Shown in pieces: positions 13,130-25,399 of a stretch of 64,000 nucleotides of DNA. The notes beneath the pieces were generated by a model. It did not search any database. It saw only the letters and a program-made list of their open reading frames with translations, and had not been told where the DNA came from. Positions within the stretch are counted from its first letter, which is position 1. The number at the start of each line of letters is the position of its first letter. Origin of the DNA: Dicyema japonicum (Eukaryota > Animalia > Dicyemida); contig RDEW01000002.1 in the NCBI GenBank assembly GCA_011109175.1, forward strand, positions 136,299 through 200,298, read 5' to 3'. The translations under genes and the position numbers were made by a program.

Positions 13130-14820
13130 CCTTCGTACGACACTATCTTTTAGGAACCTAGAATTTCTAATCTCTTACGAGTCTGTATTTCGTCCATTCT
13201 CACCAGAAAGGGGGATAACGGTTTTCATTCGTCATGAAGCTAATTAAACTTTTTTGCAATAAGCTTATCCCAATTATATCCGAGACTTCAGTTGTGGCCT
13301 AACCTGTCACCAGAAGTCTTCTCAGAGAAATTGAAAGTCCAATCTTGACAGGTTTGGGACCCTCTGAATCTGCTGATTTTGGGAACGTCTTTTCGTGGCA
13401 TCTTTCACTGTCTCTTGCCAGCTGGTGGCTGATCTGTTTTTTTTGTTTAAATATATTATTATCAGCCCTTCCACCGAGAAGTAGTAATGTTTCCATTACT
13501 TAAACCTCAGCTTAGGTAGAAATACACTTTATTTAAGAATAATTTACTTTAAATATTTCAAAGAGCATATTTGTCTACCGAAGGATCTCAACTCATAGAA
13601 GCAAATGATACGCTGACCACAGTTACCCAACATTCTCCAATTAAGACATATCTCCGTCCAGTCCGCTTAAATGAAATAACTGAAAATTCCCGACATGAAG
13701 AAGGTTTTTCTGAAAATTCAACATGAAAAGCCTCAGCAAACGACGTGTGGAGAAGAAAGGTTAAAATACCTAAGTCTTCAAGAAATACTGAAAAGTAGTT
13801 AAAACTGGCAGAAAATGAAAGAAAAATGAAGAAATGCGTTAAGTGCACTAGAGCTGGTTAAATAGTGTCACAGTATTTCTAAAGTGTGGGTAAAATATCA
13901 TAAACACGAACACCTCTTCAAACAACCTCTTCCAATGTTTGCTCAGCCGCTGGGAATGCCAAAAAATTTCCAAAACATTTATCAGTTGAAAATACGCTGA
14001 CCCTACAAGTGATGCTACATTTTTTCCTCTTGCTATGAAAACCTCTGTAACCCCAAATAATTTATTTAAAAAACTCAGAAACTCAGAAACTCAGGACGCT
14101 CAGTGGATCTTGGTGAACGATGCTTGCTCTCAATCCTGATGAGTAGCCACACGGTTATAGCGGCCTCTAACTCCGATTTTTATTGTTCCGTTCATCCGTT
14201 AATAATATGTCTCCTAAGCTAATTTCGTTTATCCAGTCCCAGATCTACAAGTTTTTCAAAACACATAGATCAATCCGGGACCACAACAGTGGACATAACT
14301 CCGAAGAATGATCCGATGTAGTGGGAAAAGCAAATAATCCTCTTTAATGCCATCCCCCACTAAACGTTTTATTGGAAGGTGGATTGTATGATGGCGTGCT
14401 AACAAGAAGGAACCTAGCAAAGTACAAGAAACTCTTCGACCCCATGGGGAATCGAATCACCGAGGCGTGATATTGTTAACTAAAAACTGCAATAACAAGG
14501 ACTTTCACTTGAGCCATAGTACTTAGCCTCGCAAGATAGTTGAAGAAACAATATTAAATGTCTCTCTTCCACAGTCCTCGTTTGTTAGCCAAAAAGTGGA
14601 TCTTAGAGTTTCACCAACTCCTAAACGACCTCAAAAGTATATCAATTATTAAAAATCCTACGTGAAAAAAATATGACTAATTTTCACAAAGTGGTACATT
14701 CAAAACCTTGAGGAACTTAGACAAGGAGGTAGAAGATTATTACTGAGTGCATAGATTCGCAAACAGTTCTCAAAAATTAACATTTTTTCTGTTCAGTTAA
14801 AGTCAATAATAGATTCAAGT
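13130..14820 (+). mobile_element. Heavily decayed LINE APE/RT remnant
   Basis: YDTIF*EPRI, ERGITVFIR and ADFGNVFSW (APE-like), later IFSVQLKSIIDS (FLD.KAFD-like); many stops. Confidence 0.25.
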
Positions 14821-14869
14821 ATATATTATTCCGGAGGCTTCTAGGGAATCGGATTTCTACACGAACAGA

Positions 14870-14990
14870 AGATCTTTGTGAACGTGCTGGCTATTTGAGC
14901 GAATCTCACTCGCCATCCTGAGAGATAATAGCCACCAGTCAGGGCGACGCTGTATGACCCTCGGCTGACTGTTTATTTTATTCTAAAAAG
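14870..14990 (+). mobile_element. CRE-type 3' tail (~110 bp)
   Basis: WLFERISLAILR.NS frame; near-identical to 39745, 47125 and 54975 copies. Confidence 0.75.
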
Positions 14991-15171
14991 AACGGAAAAA
15001 GAAGAACACGTCCAATCCATTTAGTCCTGGAAACCCCTTGAGGAATGATTCATTGAAATAGGGGAGAACACATGATGCTCTATCGTGCAACCATGGCACT
15101 GGAAGTATGCTATGAAAAAGTCTTTTTAGCAAAAAATTAAAGAAAAAAATATTAAGGCACAATTATTATTA

Positions 15172-15420
15172 TTGCTCAATTACCATTGGGCGAATAAGGA
15201 AAGAATGTCTCATCTAACTAAGAGGAGTATCTTTTTTGTTCCATTCGCGGTGGAAACGTCAGGAATCCTTGGCCCCCAAGCAGATGAGTTGGTTCGTAAG
15301 ATCGGCTCCATGATTCAAGCTGTGACCAAGGATCCGCGAAAGACTGGTTGGTTCCGAGAACGTATCTCGTTGGCTATTGTTAGGGGAAATAGCATGGCCA
15401 TTCAGATGCCTTAATTTAAT
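15172..15420 (+). mobile_element. CRE-type RLE 3' fragment
   Basis: FVPFAVETSGILGPQA...WFRERISLAIVRGNS. Confidence 0.8.
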
Positions 15421-15644
15421 TTTTACATTTAAAAGTGTTCTTCAAAAAAAAATCTAACTAAGTGATCCCAGACCGACAAGGATGAGATCGAAACCGAAGG
15501 GGACAAAAATCTTGAACCACATTTCATTTGGGGCCCGGGGTATTTCATTTCTAGGTTGATTTTTGAAGTATTTAATAGAGGTGTCTTAAAAGGGAATGTT
15601 TAGTTAGTTGGCCGCCCTCACGAAGTTCGTCGTTGGGGAACAAT

Positions 15645-15985
15645 TATTTAATTTATTACCCCCCGGATACACCGGAAAGAAGTTAATGGTAAACAATTAG
15701 TTAAGTGTATCCGGTTTCTACTGTACAGAAACAGAATCCTTCAACGTCACATAAATCCATCCGGAACCAACATAAAAGGTAAAAGATGTTCATTCCTTGC
15801 AGTTGTGGAAACCCCTAGAGTGGATGGGGAGAGAAAATGGTTCCTTTTCGTGCCAGGATGGCTCTGAGCGCCACCTGAGACAGGTGGATCACATGACACC
15901 ATTCTAATAGGAAAGGGAAAAGTAGAAAAAGACAAAATAAACAGGAAACTTTAACCAATTGGCAGCGTGGTGCTACGTGGCTAAA
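15645..15985 (-). mobile_element. ~330-bp non-autonomous retroelement, copy B
   Basis: Aligns with copies A, C and D; lies immediately upstream of the MFSD1 AT-rich tract. Confidence 0.8.
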
Positions 15986-16137
15986 ATTGAAATCATGAAG
16001 GGAACAAATATGAAATTTAAATATTTAAAAAATATTTTGAATAAAAAGTTAAACAATTTAATATAATTTTATTTATTTTATTAATTTCAATTTGAGTTTT
16101 ATTCAAATATAAAAAAGTCAATCATTAACCCCATTAA

Positions 16138-18286
16138 ATGTCTGGTGAATGTGAGATTGACAATAATAACTTTATATCGAGACACAAAACCCTCTTCCGG
16201 TATGCATTCATTCCCTTCCTTTGTCTTAGCAGCTTTGGTATATTTTAAACTAACAATTCCAGGCAGCTATTACTGCTACGACATACCCGCCTCCATTCAG
16301 TCTATAATGAAGCGAGACCTGATGATTAACTCTAAGACCTTCATGGGATTTTACACGTGGTATTCGATTCCAAACATTTTGCTTTGCTTCGTTGGCTCAT
16401 TTGTTGTGGACCGCTTCACTGGACTTCCAATCGGAGGAATCTCCTGCATTATGCTGCTTATTGTGGGCCAAGTGTTCTTTGCCACCGGTGGGTTCCTCCG
16501 CAGGATTTGGCTGATGAACCTGGGCAGAGTCATATTTGGGTAGCTTCTTTTTTATTTCAGAATTGGGGGAGAGACTCTGTCAAGTGTTCAGAACTCTTAT
16601 TCCGCCCTTTGGTTCAAGGGCGCTGAGCTAAACTTCGTTTTTGGCATCCAACTGAGCTTCGCACGTGTGGTAAGTCATTTTGCGTTAATCTATTGTTTTA
16701 TTATAAATTTAATTTTTATTGGTTTATTACTTTATTGTTAATTTTGCTGAGAATTAATTATCTGAGTTATTATTGCAGTTTTTTTGGTTCAATAAATTTA
16801 AAATTTTAATTTAAAACTTTAAATTATTAATGAAAGCTTATTGCTTGCAATGTGAATAGAGTCAGAGTACTTAATATTGTTGCCCTTAATAATGCTGAAT
16901 AAGTATTCTGGGAGTGGCGTTGAATTTATGGGAGGCTTTTAACATTTAATTATTATGTAGCCTTTATTTTTACCCCCACCCCCTCAAGTGAGTGAAGAGA
17001 CCGATAGATGACAGGGAAATAACTACTAAAGCGGACGCTCCCAGATATCAGCCAGGTGTATTTTCTGTGGCATAGAAACCCAATGTGATCAAGAGGTGAC
17101 CCGTCTTGTGGTCGTCTAGTAGACAAGGGATATAGCTAGCAATTTCTAATATAGCGTTTTTCGAGCGTCAGTAAGTATTTGTGCTGTCTTTTAGACATTA
17201 TTTAAATGCACTGTTTTTTGATAATTGCTAGTGCCGGGAGACCTTTGTTAGTGCTAAATCGCTTACATTTATTATTGGTTTATTGATAATTTATAGGGAG
17301 TACTGCAGTAATGAAATCCATGCATTACGTCTATCAGTTGGCTCACAGAATAAGCAACGGAAATCACCAGTTGGGGATAGCATTGTTTTTGGCGGCCTTT
17401 GTGTGCCTCATTTCTTTGACTACTTCAATCGTGATGGCCATAATGACTCGCCTGGCACGAAAAAATGGGGGTTTTAGTGTGCTGTGAGAATTCTAGTCAT
17501 CAACGTAGTCGAGGGCGTGGGGGAGACGTACCCGGTCTCGTTTAAGGATGTGCTCCATTTTGGGACTCCTTTTTGGCTTATAACGGTAATCTGCTGTACG
17601 TTTTATATCGCCATTATGCCGTTCATCGAATTGCCATGTTTCCGTGTTTTTCACTATTAAAGGTCCTTCTTCCAACTGAAATACAAGATGGGGTTTGATT
17701 ATGCAACGACAATTAACAGGTCGTTGACATTGTAACTTTTTAGCCTCATCTTTTTGGTCTCGGCGGCAATGTCTCCCATCATTGGATTAATTATCGACAA
17801 AACAGGGAGGAATCTCATTTGGATTACATCAGCCATCGTTTTGGCGATAATAGCCACTTTATGTTCACATTCTCCTTCATTCCTCCATGTCCCCTCGTGG
17901 TTGACTTGGTTTGTTAGGCTAGATCATGTTGGGGATCAGTTATACGATGTTGGCAGCCTCCCTGTGGCCGATCGTGGTATATATTGTCCAGCCAACTCAT
18001 TTGACCACAGCCTATGGATTGTAAGTCACGTGGGTAATACTAAAGACTGCAATCTGTGCAGAATCTAGGACTGGCTTTGGCTGCCTTTGGAGTTGGGGCT
18101 ATTGTGGATAAGTTTGGTACTTTGTAATGGAAGTGTTCTTCATAGCCTGTCTGTATTTGGCTTTTCTGTCTTCCATTGCTTTGTTCTTTTGTCTTAAGAG
18201 TATTAGTGTGGGTTTAAACATTCTTAGAGCATAAAATTCTTAATGCTAGTGCCAAGGAAATTAAAATATACTTAAATAATTCATGA
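16138..18286 (+). CDS. MFSD1: MFSD1-like lysosomal MFS transporter
   Basis: FGSYYCYDIPA, YTWYSIPN, GRVIFG/IGGETL, ELNFVFGIQLSFARV/GS, C-terminal LNASA; one 627-nt intron (16670-17296); one apparent 1-bp deletion near 17855. Confidence 0.9.
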
Positions 18287-18404
18287 TTTTAATTTAAATT
18301 CTAATAGAATTAATATTTTGTTTATTTTAATATTTAATTATTTAAAGTCTATATTGTCCGCTGCGTGGCAAATTTGTGAAGTTTTCTTGTTTGTTTGTTC
18401 CTTT

Positions 18405-18635
18405 TGTCTCTCCCCATTAGTCTAGGTGGCGCTTAGTCCCAGGTCGGCACGAAAAAGGATCATTTGCTCACACTCCACTGGAGGGGTTTCCACAACTACA
18501 AATAATGGACTCCTTTTTATGTTGATTCCGGATGGACTCTGTTTCTGTGGAAGTGGAAACTGGATACACTTAATTAGTTGTTTACTATAACTTTTTTCTG
18601 GGTGTATCCGGCCGGGGTTAATAAATAAAATAATT
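18405..18635 (+). mobile_element. ~330-bp element, copy C (5' part deleted); its 3' end starts the tandem unit
   Basis: ctaggtggcgct...ggatcatt...ctccactggaggggtttccac...ggatacac..gtgtatcc..aataaataaaataa. Confidence 0.8.
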
Positions 18636-18859
18636 AACGTCAGTTAAGAGGGTTTTTTAAACTCGAACAAGGTCACGGATAATCTTGCAATCATGAGAAG
18701 AGCCACATGGTTAGTTTTGCTTTAAATAGATAACACTTTTCTTGAATTTTAACTTTTTTTTATTTTTAGTTTCTTAAGTAATAATTATGTCTATAATTTA
18801 GGCTACTTGAATGGGTAGGTTGTTTTTACTTATTACGTTTGATATCGAAGTCATCCTGT

Positions 18860-18945
18860 TAATATCTGGTGACCTTTTGGATCATTGAATCGATCCGACT
18901 GACTTTGCCGTCAGCTTGTGGACCTATTATTCCCGATGTCTCCAC
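18860..18945 (-). mobile_element. Degenerate CRE RLE fragment in each tandem unit (also ~23030, ~27205, ~31360)
   Basis: VETSGIIGPQADGKVSRIDSMIQKVT matches VETSGILGPQADELVRKIGSMIQAVT at 15250. Confidence 0.7.
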
Positions 18946-19544
18946 ATATTTAATTTTTTTAACTTGCATTATGATGGATTTTATAGAATCAAAAGCGTAG
19001 CATGGTGCACTCCCGACATAAAGAAGATTTTCGTTGATTTCTTCACGTTATACCTATTTACAGTTAATTTAAGATTTCTAATAGTGCAGTAAAACGGTGC
19101 AGACATTAGTGCAATATAGATACGTCGTCACATCGAAATTTATACCAACAAAGTAGTATGCTAACTGATCTATCATGCTTGCTAATAAAAATTCTTTACA
19201 GTTTATGTATGAGCGTGGGAATTTCTACTACTTCTAATTTCAAGTACTTCTTATTAAACTGTGTCGATACTGTCCCACGTTATCACATCCACTTAAAATC
19301 AATGAACAATAAATAAACTATAAATTTGAATATAAAATGAACTGTCCCCATTAAACATAAAAGTAAAAAACTCAAAAAACTTTATTTTACCTAATCTTAG
19401 CACGTCTTAAGACAAAATTTCCTAAAATACACTTAATTCTCTTTAGAACCGAAGCAAATAAACAATATAAAAATAGAAATAATAATCATCGCGGTGTAGC
19501 ACCCAACTCTTCTTCTATAAAAGCAAACATCTCGTATTGCTCCA

Positions 19545-21225
19545 TTAACCTAACTCCATTGGTCGCCTAAAAACAATGTCATAAATTCTTACATTAAAAG
19601 AATGCCGAGCTTCTCTGTCTGATTTCTTCTGCCGATCCCACTCACGTCGCATTTCCGAAGTAACAAAACGTGAGTTCGGAAATACTTCCTTCTTAGGAGC
19701 TCCCAAAATAGATTCCAACAAGTCAGTTGGGTCCAACTTTGAAGTTACTGACGGTTTGAATTCCCTCCTTTCCACCTTACAGGCTTCACTGGAGCACGTG
19801 GTTTTACTTTCTGAAGGTTGTTAGTCTGACTGACAGTAGGAGGGGTGAGGACCATACCAGGCCACGAGATATTTTTGTTGACAGGGTGGTTCACAGGCTG
19901 AAACAAAGTTTCGATGTCATCCTCATCCTCCACAACCTTTTGAATTTCCCGGGTCTTCTTAGGTCGGGGCTCCTTAGGGGGCCTAACTGTGTTTTCCAGC
20001 ACACGTGGCCGAGGAGCACGCGGTCTCGGCTTGGTTTCTATGTATAACTGGTGTAGTCTTACCTTTGGGGTGTTCCTTGACGTAATCAGCCAAATGCTTC
20101 TCAATGACCCGGATTCCCCGTTCGTTCAAATTGTTAGATTTCCCCCCAGAATTCCTATTGCCTTCATCCTATCAATCTCTTCCCCTAAAAAATCAGCTAT
20201 TGGCCTACTTGGGACGTTCTTTAGCATTTTATTTATCAGCTTCTGCTTCCCAGCCGTAGATGGGACCCTCTTCCGCTTCTTGGGTGAGATTATATTGCAC
20301 ATAGCATCAACTCTTTCAGACACTTTAATGAGGGTTTCCTTTATTTGCTTGAATCTACAGTGCACGAGGTAGTGACTGTAGCCATATTTGTTCAGAAAGT
20401 GCTCAAACAAGGTCTATAGATTAAATGGATACTGAACCTGTAGCTTTCTCGCCTGTTCATAGCAATCTGATCCAGGAATGTTGTATGCGTAGCTGTTTGA
20501 GAACAGCAGCTTCATATCACGGACGAAGTCGTTCATATGTCCACAGCTTTCGCTCTATTCCTTATGATGGTGAGGTCTATGGGGGAACAGATGATGGTTG
20601 GGTAGTCAGGGTACTTCTCCAGGTCGACTGGTTTCATAAACGGACGAGTTATATTCTAAACTAAAAATGGCCACAAGACTCGATATTTTTTGTCCAAAAT
20701 CCCCGCCAGAATTTCGAATGGTTTATTTATAACGACTCTCTTGGCCAGTTGGGAGGACTTCTCAAGGACATTTTCCTGACCATATAAAAGACACAAACCT
20801 CGGTAGGCAGTTTGGCTGTCAAGGAGTCGAAATAGACTTTAATTGATCGAGCCAGCTTACAGACTCTCTAAAACTACAAAACTGATGAGAACATCAGTGC
20901 TGGGATTGTATTTCAGGCAATTATCGATCATCAAGTCAAAGTCACTTATGCAGGTAGCAGCGTCTTTATACCAACCATTGGTGAGTCGTTTGGTTATAGA
21001 AGACAAGTCCATTGGATGCTTTATAATGGTGGTGTAATCCTGAGATTAGTTAAGGAATTACTGGAATACACAAAAGAATAGGGTTGATTGTTGTCCTGAA
21101 TGGGTGCGAATGATTGTGATTGATAACAGAGGGAATTATTTCGGACATTAGTATCTTTAGCTTATTGGTGAGGGGTATCGCTTGTCTGGGTCAGGAATTG
21201 TGGAGATATGAATTGGATTATGCAT
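19545..21225 (-). CDS. BET-family bromodomain protein, copy 1 (several 1-bp indels)
   Basis: Same exons as copy 4; indels at ~21175, ~20555, ~20145 and ~19780 may be real or assembly errors. Confidence 0.7.
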
Positions 21226-23715
21226 AAAGTTCTAGTTTTAAATGTCGAAAGTAAACAACTTCACAACGCGTTAAGCTCAGCAAAATATAAATATTTAAAT
21301 TTAATTATAAATAATAAATATAAATTATATATTTTTATAATTTCTATTAAAAGTTGAGTTCTTATTTTCATCGATAAAATATTAGCGAACAAACTTTCCA
21401 CAGATTCTTCCTTGACTTTAAGTACCGTAATTAAGTTCTGATTTGTCTACAATAAGTCAGTATTCAGATTTAGCAGTGTCTTATAAACTAAATTGGCGGA
21501 CATTCCCAAAAGCTCTCTATAGCGGATTAGAATAATTCTGAAAGCTCGCTAAAGATTCATCTTGATGAAACGACTTTAACACCACTCTTATCTGTTTGAA
21601 ATGTAAACATAAACACTTATGCATCAGAGACGGAGATTAAAGAACTTCAACGGACAATTAACTGATAAGAGTGTAATGAGTTCAGGGCTATTAAAGAAAT
21701 CATCCGTAGCATTGTAAGACAAAAAGAAGAAAGATAAATCGCTAATTCAAATCTACGATTTATTGGTCTCCAAAAGCAAAATCCCGTTGGTGGTTCACCT
21801 TAGTTTGATGTAAACCAAACCATTCATCAGTCTTTTCTATCGATCGATCTCAATAATCCGTGCGGTTTTATGAGTGCTGGAGAAATTAGTTCTTGAACAA
21901 TCTACCACAGCTCACTTGATAAGATACTCGACCAAACTAATTCATTTCTGACGGCTCAAATAGTCTTAACCTACTTTCACGGAAAATTCTAACAACAAAA
22001 ATCTTCTTGACGTATATCCATTGTAATCTCAAGTTGTGACTAGTAGACTTTATCAGTGACCACAGAGAACATGTGATATTCAATGTCACCGGTTGAGAAT
22101 GAGATACGGTTGACCTTCATGCTCTAAATCCCCCAACAATACCCTTTGTCGTACATTGACGATAGTTGCATCAAGACAATTATTTTCCTTTATGCAAATT
22201 AATTTAGGATTCAAAGAGCTACCGTTAACTTAACAAGTTTATGATCATTAAGAATGTTCGAGAATTAATGATTCCCCCTATCAGAAACTGATCTTCAACA
22301 ACCAAAGTTCCTACCTTGATAATTTAAGAAACTCATTTAAAGTCAAATTCTTCCTCAAAATATATAATTTTAAGACAACCAACGTGTCTGTACTATTTTC
22401 GGATATTTTCTATTTTTAATTATTTACCCCTGAACCAGATGGCACGAAACTCAAATGCGGACCAAGTTAGTTAGTAAAATGACCCCAGCCTCGCTAACTT
22501 TTAGGAGACCAGCGACTATAAATTAGCACGCAGCAAACACTGGTCACTCCCATAGATCCGTCAGTCTTGGCCTTGTAGATGAGCAGTTTACTAATTACGG
22601 ATATTTAAAAATGTAATTTGGCTTCAACTCGAGAGGTTGAAAAAGAGACAGAGAACATTTTTACCTCATTTAATTTTTTAGGAATTAGCGTGGCGTCATG
22701 CGGTTTACCTATTGTTGGCGCTCAATGGATACACTTAATTAGTTGTTTACTACAACTTCTTTCTGGGTGTATCCGGCCGGGGTTAATAAATAAAATAATT
22801 AAAGTCAGTTAAGAGGGTTTTTTAAAGTCGAACAAGGTCACGGATAATCTTGCAATCATGAGAACAGCCACATGGTTAGTTTTGCTTTAAATAGATAACA
22901 CTTATTCTTGAATTTTAACTTTTTTTTATTTTAGTTTCTTAAGTAATAATTATGTCTATAATTTAGGCTACTTGAATGGGTAGGTAGTTTTTACCTATTA
23001 CGTTTGATATCGAAGTCATCCTGTTAAATATCTGGTGACCTCTTGGATCATTAAATCGATCCGACTGACTTTGCCGTCAGCTTGTGGACCTATTATTCCC
23101 GATGTCTCCACATATTTAATTTTTTTTAACTTGCATTATGATGGATTTTATGAGAATCAAAAGCGTAGCATGGTGCACTCCCGACATAAAAAAGATTTCC
23201 GTTGATTTCTTCACGTTAGACCTATTTACAGTTAATTTAAAATTTCTAATAGTGCAGTAAAACGGTGCAGACATTAGTGCAATATAGATACGTCGTCACA
23301 TCGAAATTTATACCAACAAAGTAGTATGCTAACTGATCTATCATGCTTGCTAATAAAAATTCTTTACCAGTTTATGTATGAGCGTGGGAATTTCTACTAC
23401 TTCTAATTTCTCAAGTACTTCATATTAAACTGTGTCGATACTGTCCCACGTTATCACATCCACTTAAAATCAATGAACAATAAATAAACTATAAATTTGA
23501 ATATAAAATGAACTATCCCCATTAAACATAAAAGTAAAAAACTCAAAAAACTTTATTTTACCTGATCTTAGCACGTCTTAAGACAAAATTTCCTAAAATA
23601 CACTTAATTCTCTTTAGAACCGAAGCAAATAAACAATATAAAAATAGAAATAATAATCATCGCGGTGTAGCACCCAACTCTTCTTCGATAAAAGCAAACA
23701 TCTCGTATTGCTCCA

Positions 23716-25399
23716 TTAACCTAACTCCATTGGTCGCCTAAAAACAATGTCATAATTCTTACATTAAAGGAATGCCGAGCTTCTCTGTCTGATTTCTTCT
23801 GCCGATCCCACTCACGTCGCATTTCCGAAGTAACAAAACGTGAGTTCGGAAATACTTCCTTCTTAGGAGCTCCCAAAATAGATTCCAACAAGTCAGTTGG
23901 GTCCAACTTTGAAGTTACTGACGGTTTGAATTCCCTCCTTTCCACCTTACAAGGCTTCACTGGAGCACGTGGTTTTTACTTTCTGAAGATTGTTGGTCTG
24001 ACTGACAGTAGGAGGGGTGAGGACCATACCAGGCCACGAGATATTTTTGTTAACAGGGTGGTTCACAGGCTGAAACAAAGTTTCGATGTCATCCTCATCC
24101 TCCACAACCTTTTGAATTTCCCGGGTCTTCTTAAGTCGGGGCTCCCTAGGGGGCCTAACTGTGTTCTCCAGCACACGTGGCCGAGGAGCACGCGGTCTCG
24201 GCTTGGTTTCTATGCATAACTGATGTAGTCTTACCTTTGGGGTGTTCCTTGACGTAATCAGCCAAATGTTTCTCAATGACCCGGATTCCCCGTTCGTTCA
24301 AATTGTTAGATTTCCCCCCCAGAATTCCTATTGCCTTCATCCTATCAATCTCTTCCCCTAAAAAATCAGCTATTGGCCTACTTGGGACGTTCTTTAGCAT
24401 TTTATTTATCAGCTTCTGCTTCCCAGCCGTAGATTGGACCCTCTTCCGCTTCTTGGGTGAGATTATATTGCACATAGCATCAACTCTTTCAGACACTTTA
24501 ATGAGGGTTTCCTTTATTTGCTTGAATCTACAGTGCACGAGGTAGTGACTGTAGCCATATTTGTTCAGAAAGTGCTCAAACAAGGTCTATAGATTAAATG
24601 GATACTGAACCTGTAGCTTTCTCGCCTGTTCATAGCAATCTGATCCAGGAATGTTGTATGCGTAGCTGTTTGAGAACAGCAGCTTCATATCACGGACGAA
24701 GTCGTTCATATGTCCACAGCTTTCGGCTCTATTTCCTTATGATGGTGAGGTCTATGGGGGAACAGATGATGGTTGGGTAATCAGGGTACTTCTCCAGGTC
24801 GACTGGTTTCATAAACGGACGAGTTATATTCTAAACTAAAAATGGCCACAAGACTCGATATTTTTGTCCAAAATGCCCGCCAGAATTTCGAATGGTTTAT
24901 TTATAACGACTCTCTTGGCCAGTTGGGAGGACTTTTCAAGGACATTTTCCTGACCATATAAAAGACACAAACCTCGGTAGGCAGTTTGGCCGTCAAGGAG
25001 TCGAAATAGACTTTAATTGATCGAGCCAGCTTACAGACTCTCTAAAACTACAAAACTGATGAGAACATCAGTGCTGGGATTGTATTTCAGACAATTATCG
25101 ATCATCAAATCAAAGTCACTTATGCAGGTAGCAGCGTCTTTATACCAACCATTGGTGAGTCGTTTGGTTATAGAAGACAAGTCCATTGGATGCTTTATAA
25201 TGGTGGTGTAATCCTGAGATTAGTTAAGGAATTACTGGAATACACAAAAGAATAGGGTTGATTGTGGTCCTGAATGGGTGCGAATGATTGTGATTGATAA
25301 CAGAGGGAATTATTTCGGACATTAGTATCTTTAGCTTATTGGTGAGGGGTATCGCTTGTCTGGGTCAGGAATTGTGGAGATATGAATTGGATTATGCAT
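23716..25399 (-). CDS. BET-family bromodomain protein, copy 2 (several 1-bp indels)
   Basis: Same exons as copy 4; indels at ~25349, ~24732, ~23975 and ~23755. Confidence 0.7.

Noticed and set aside
12937-13496. Minus-strand Cys-loop ion channel (PVKIGLSI.., CTMGSRDFPF) or AP mu subunit
   Set aside because: No second Cys or WxPD motif and no consistent splicing; the plus strand fits a decayed APE better.
19989-20664. Plus-strand ORFs repeated in each array unit (also 20843-21037 and copies)
   Set aside because: Antisense shadows of the BET exons.
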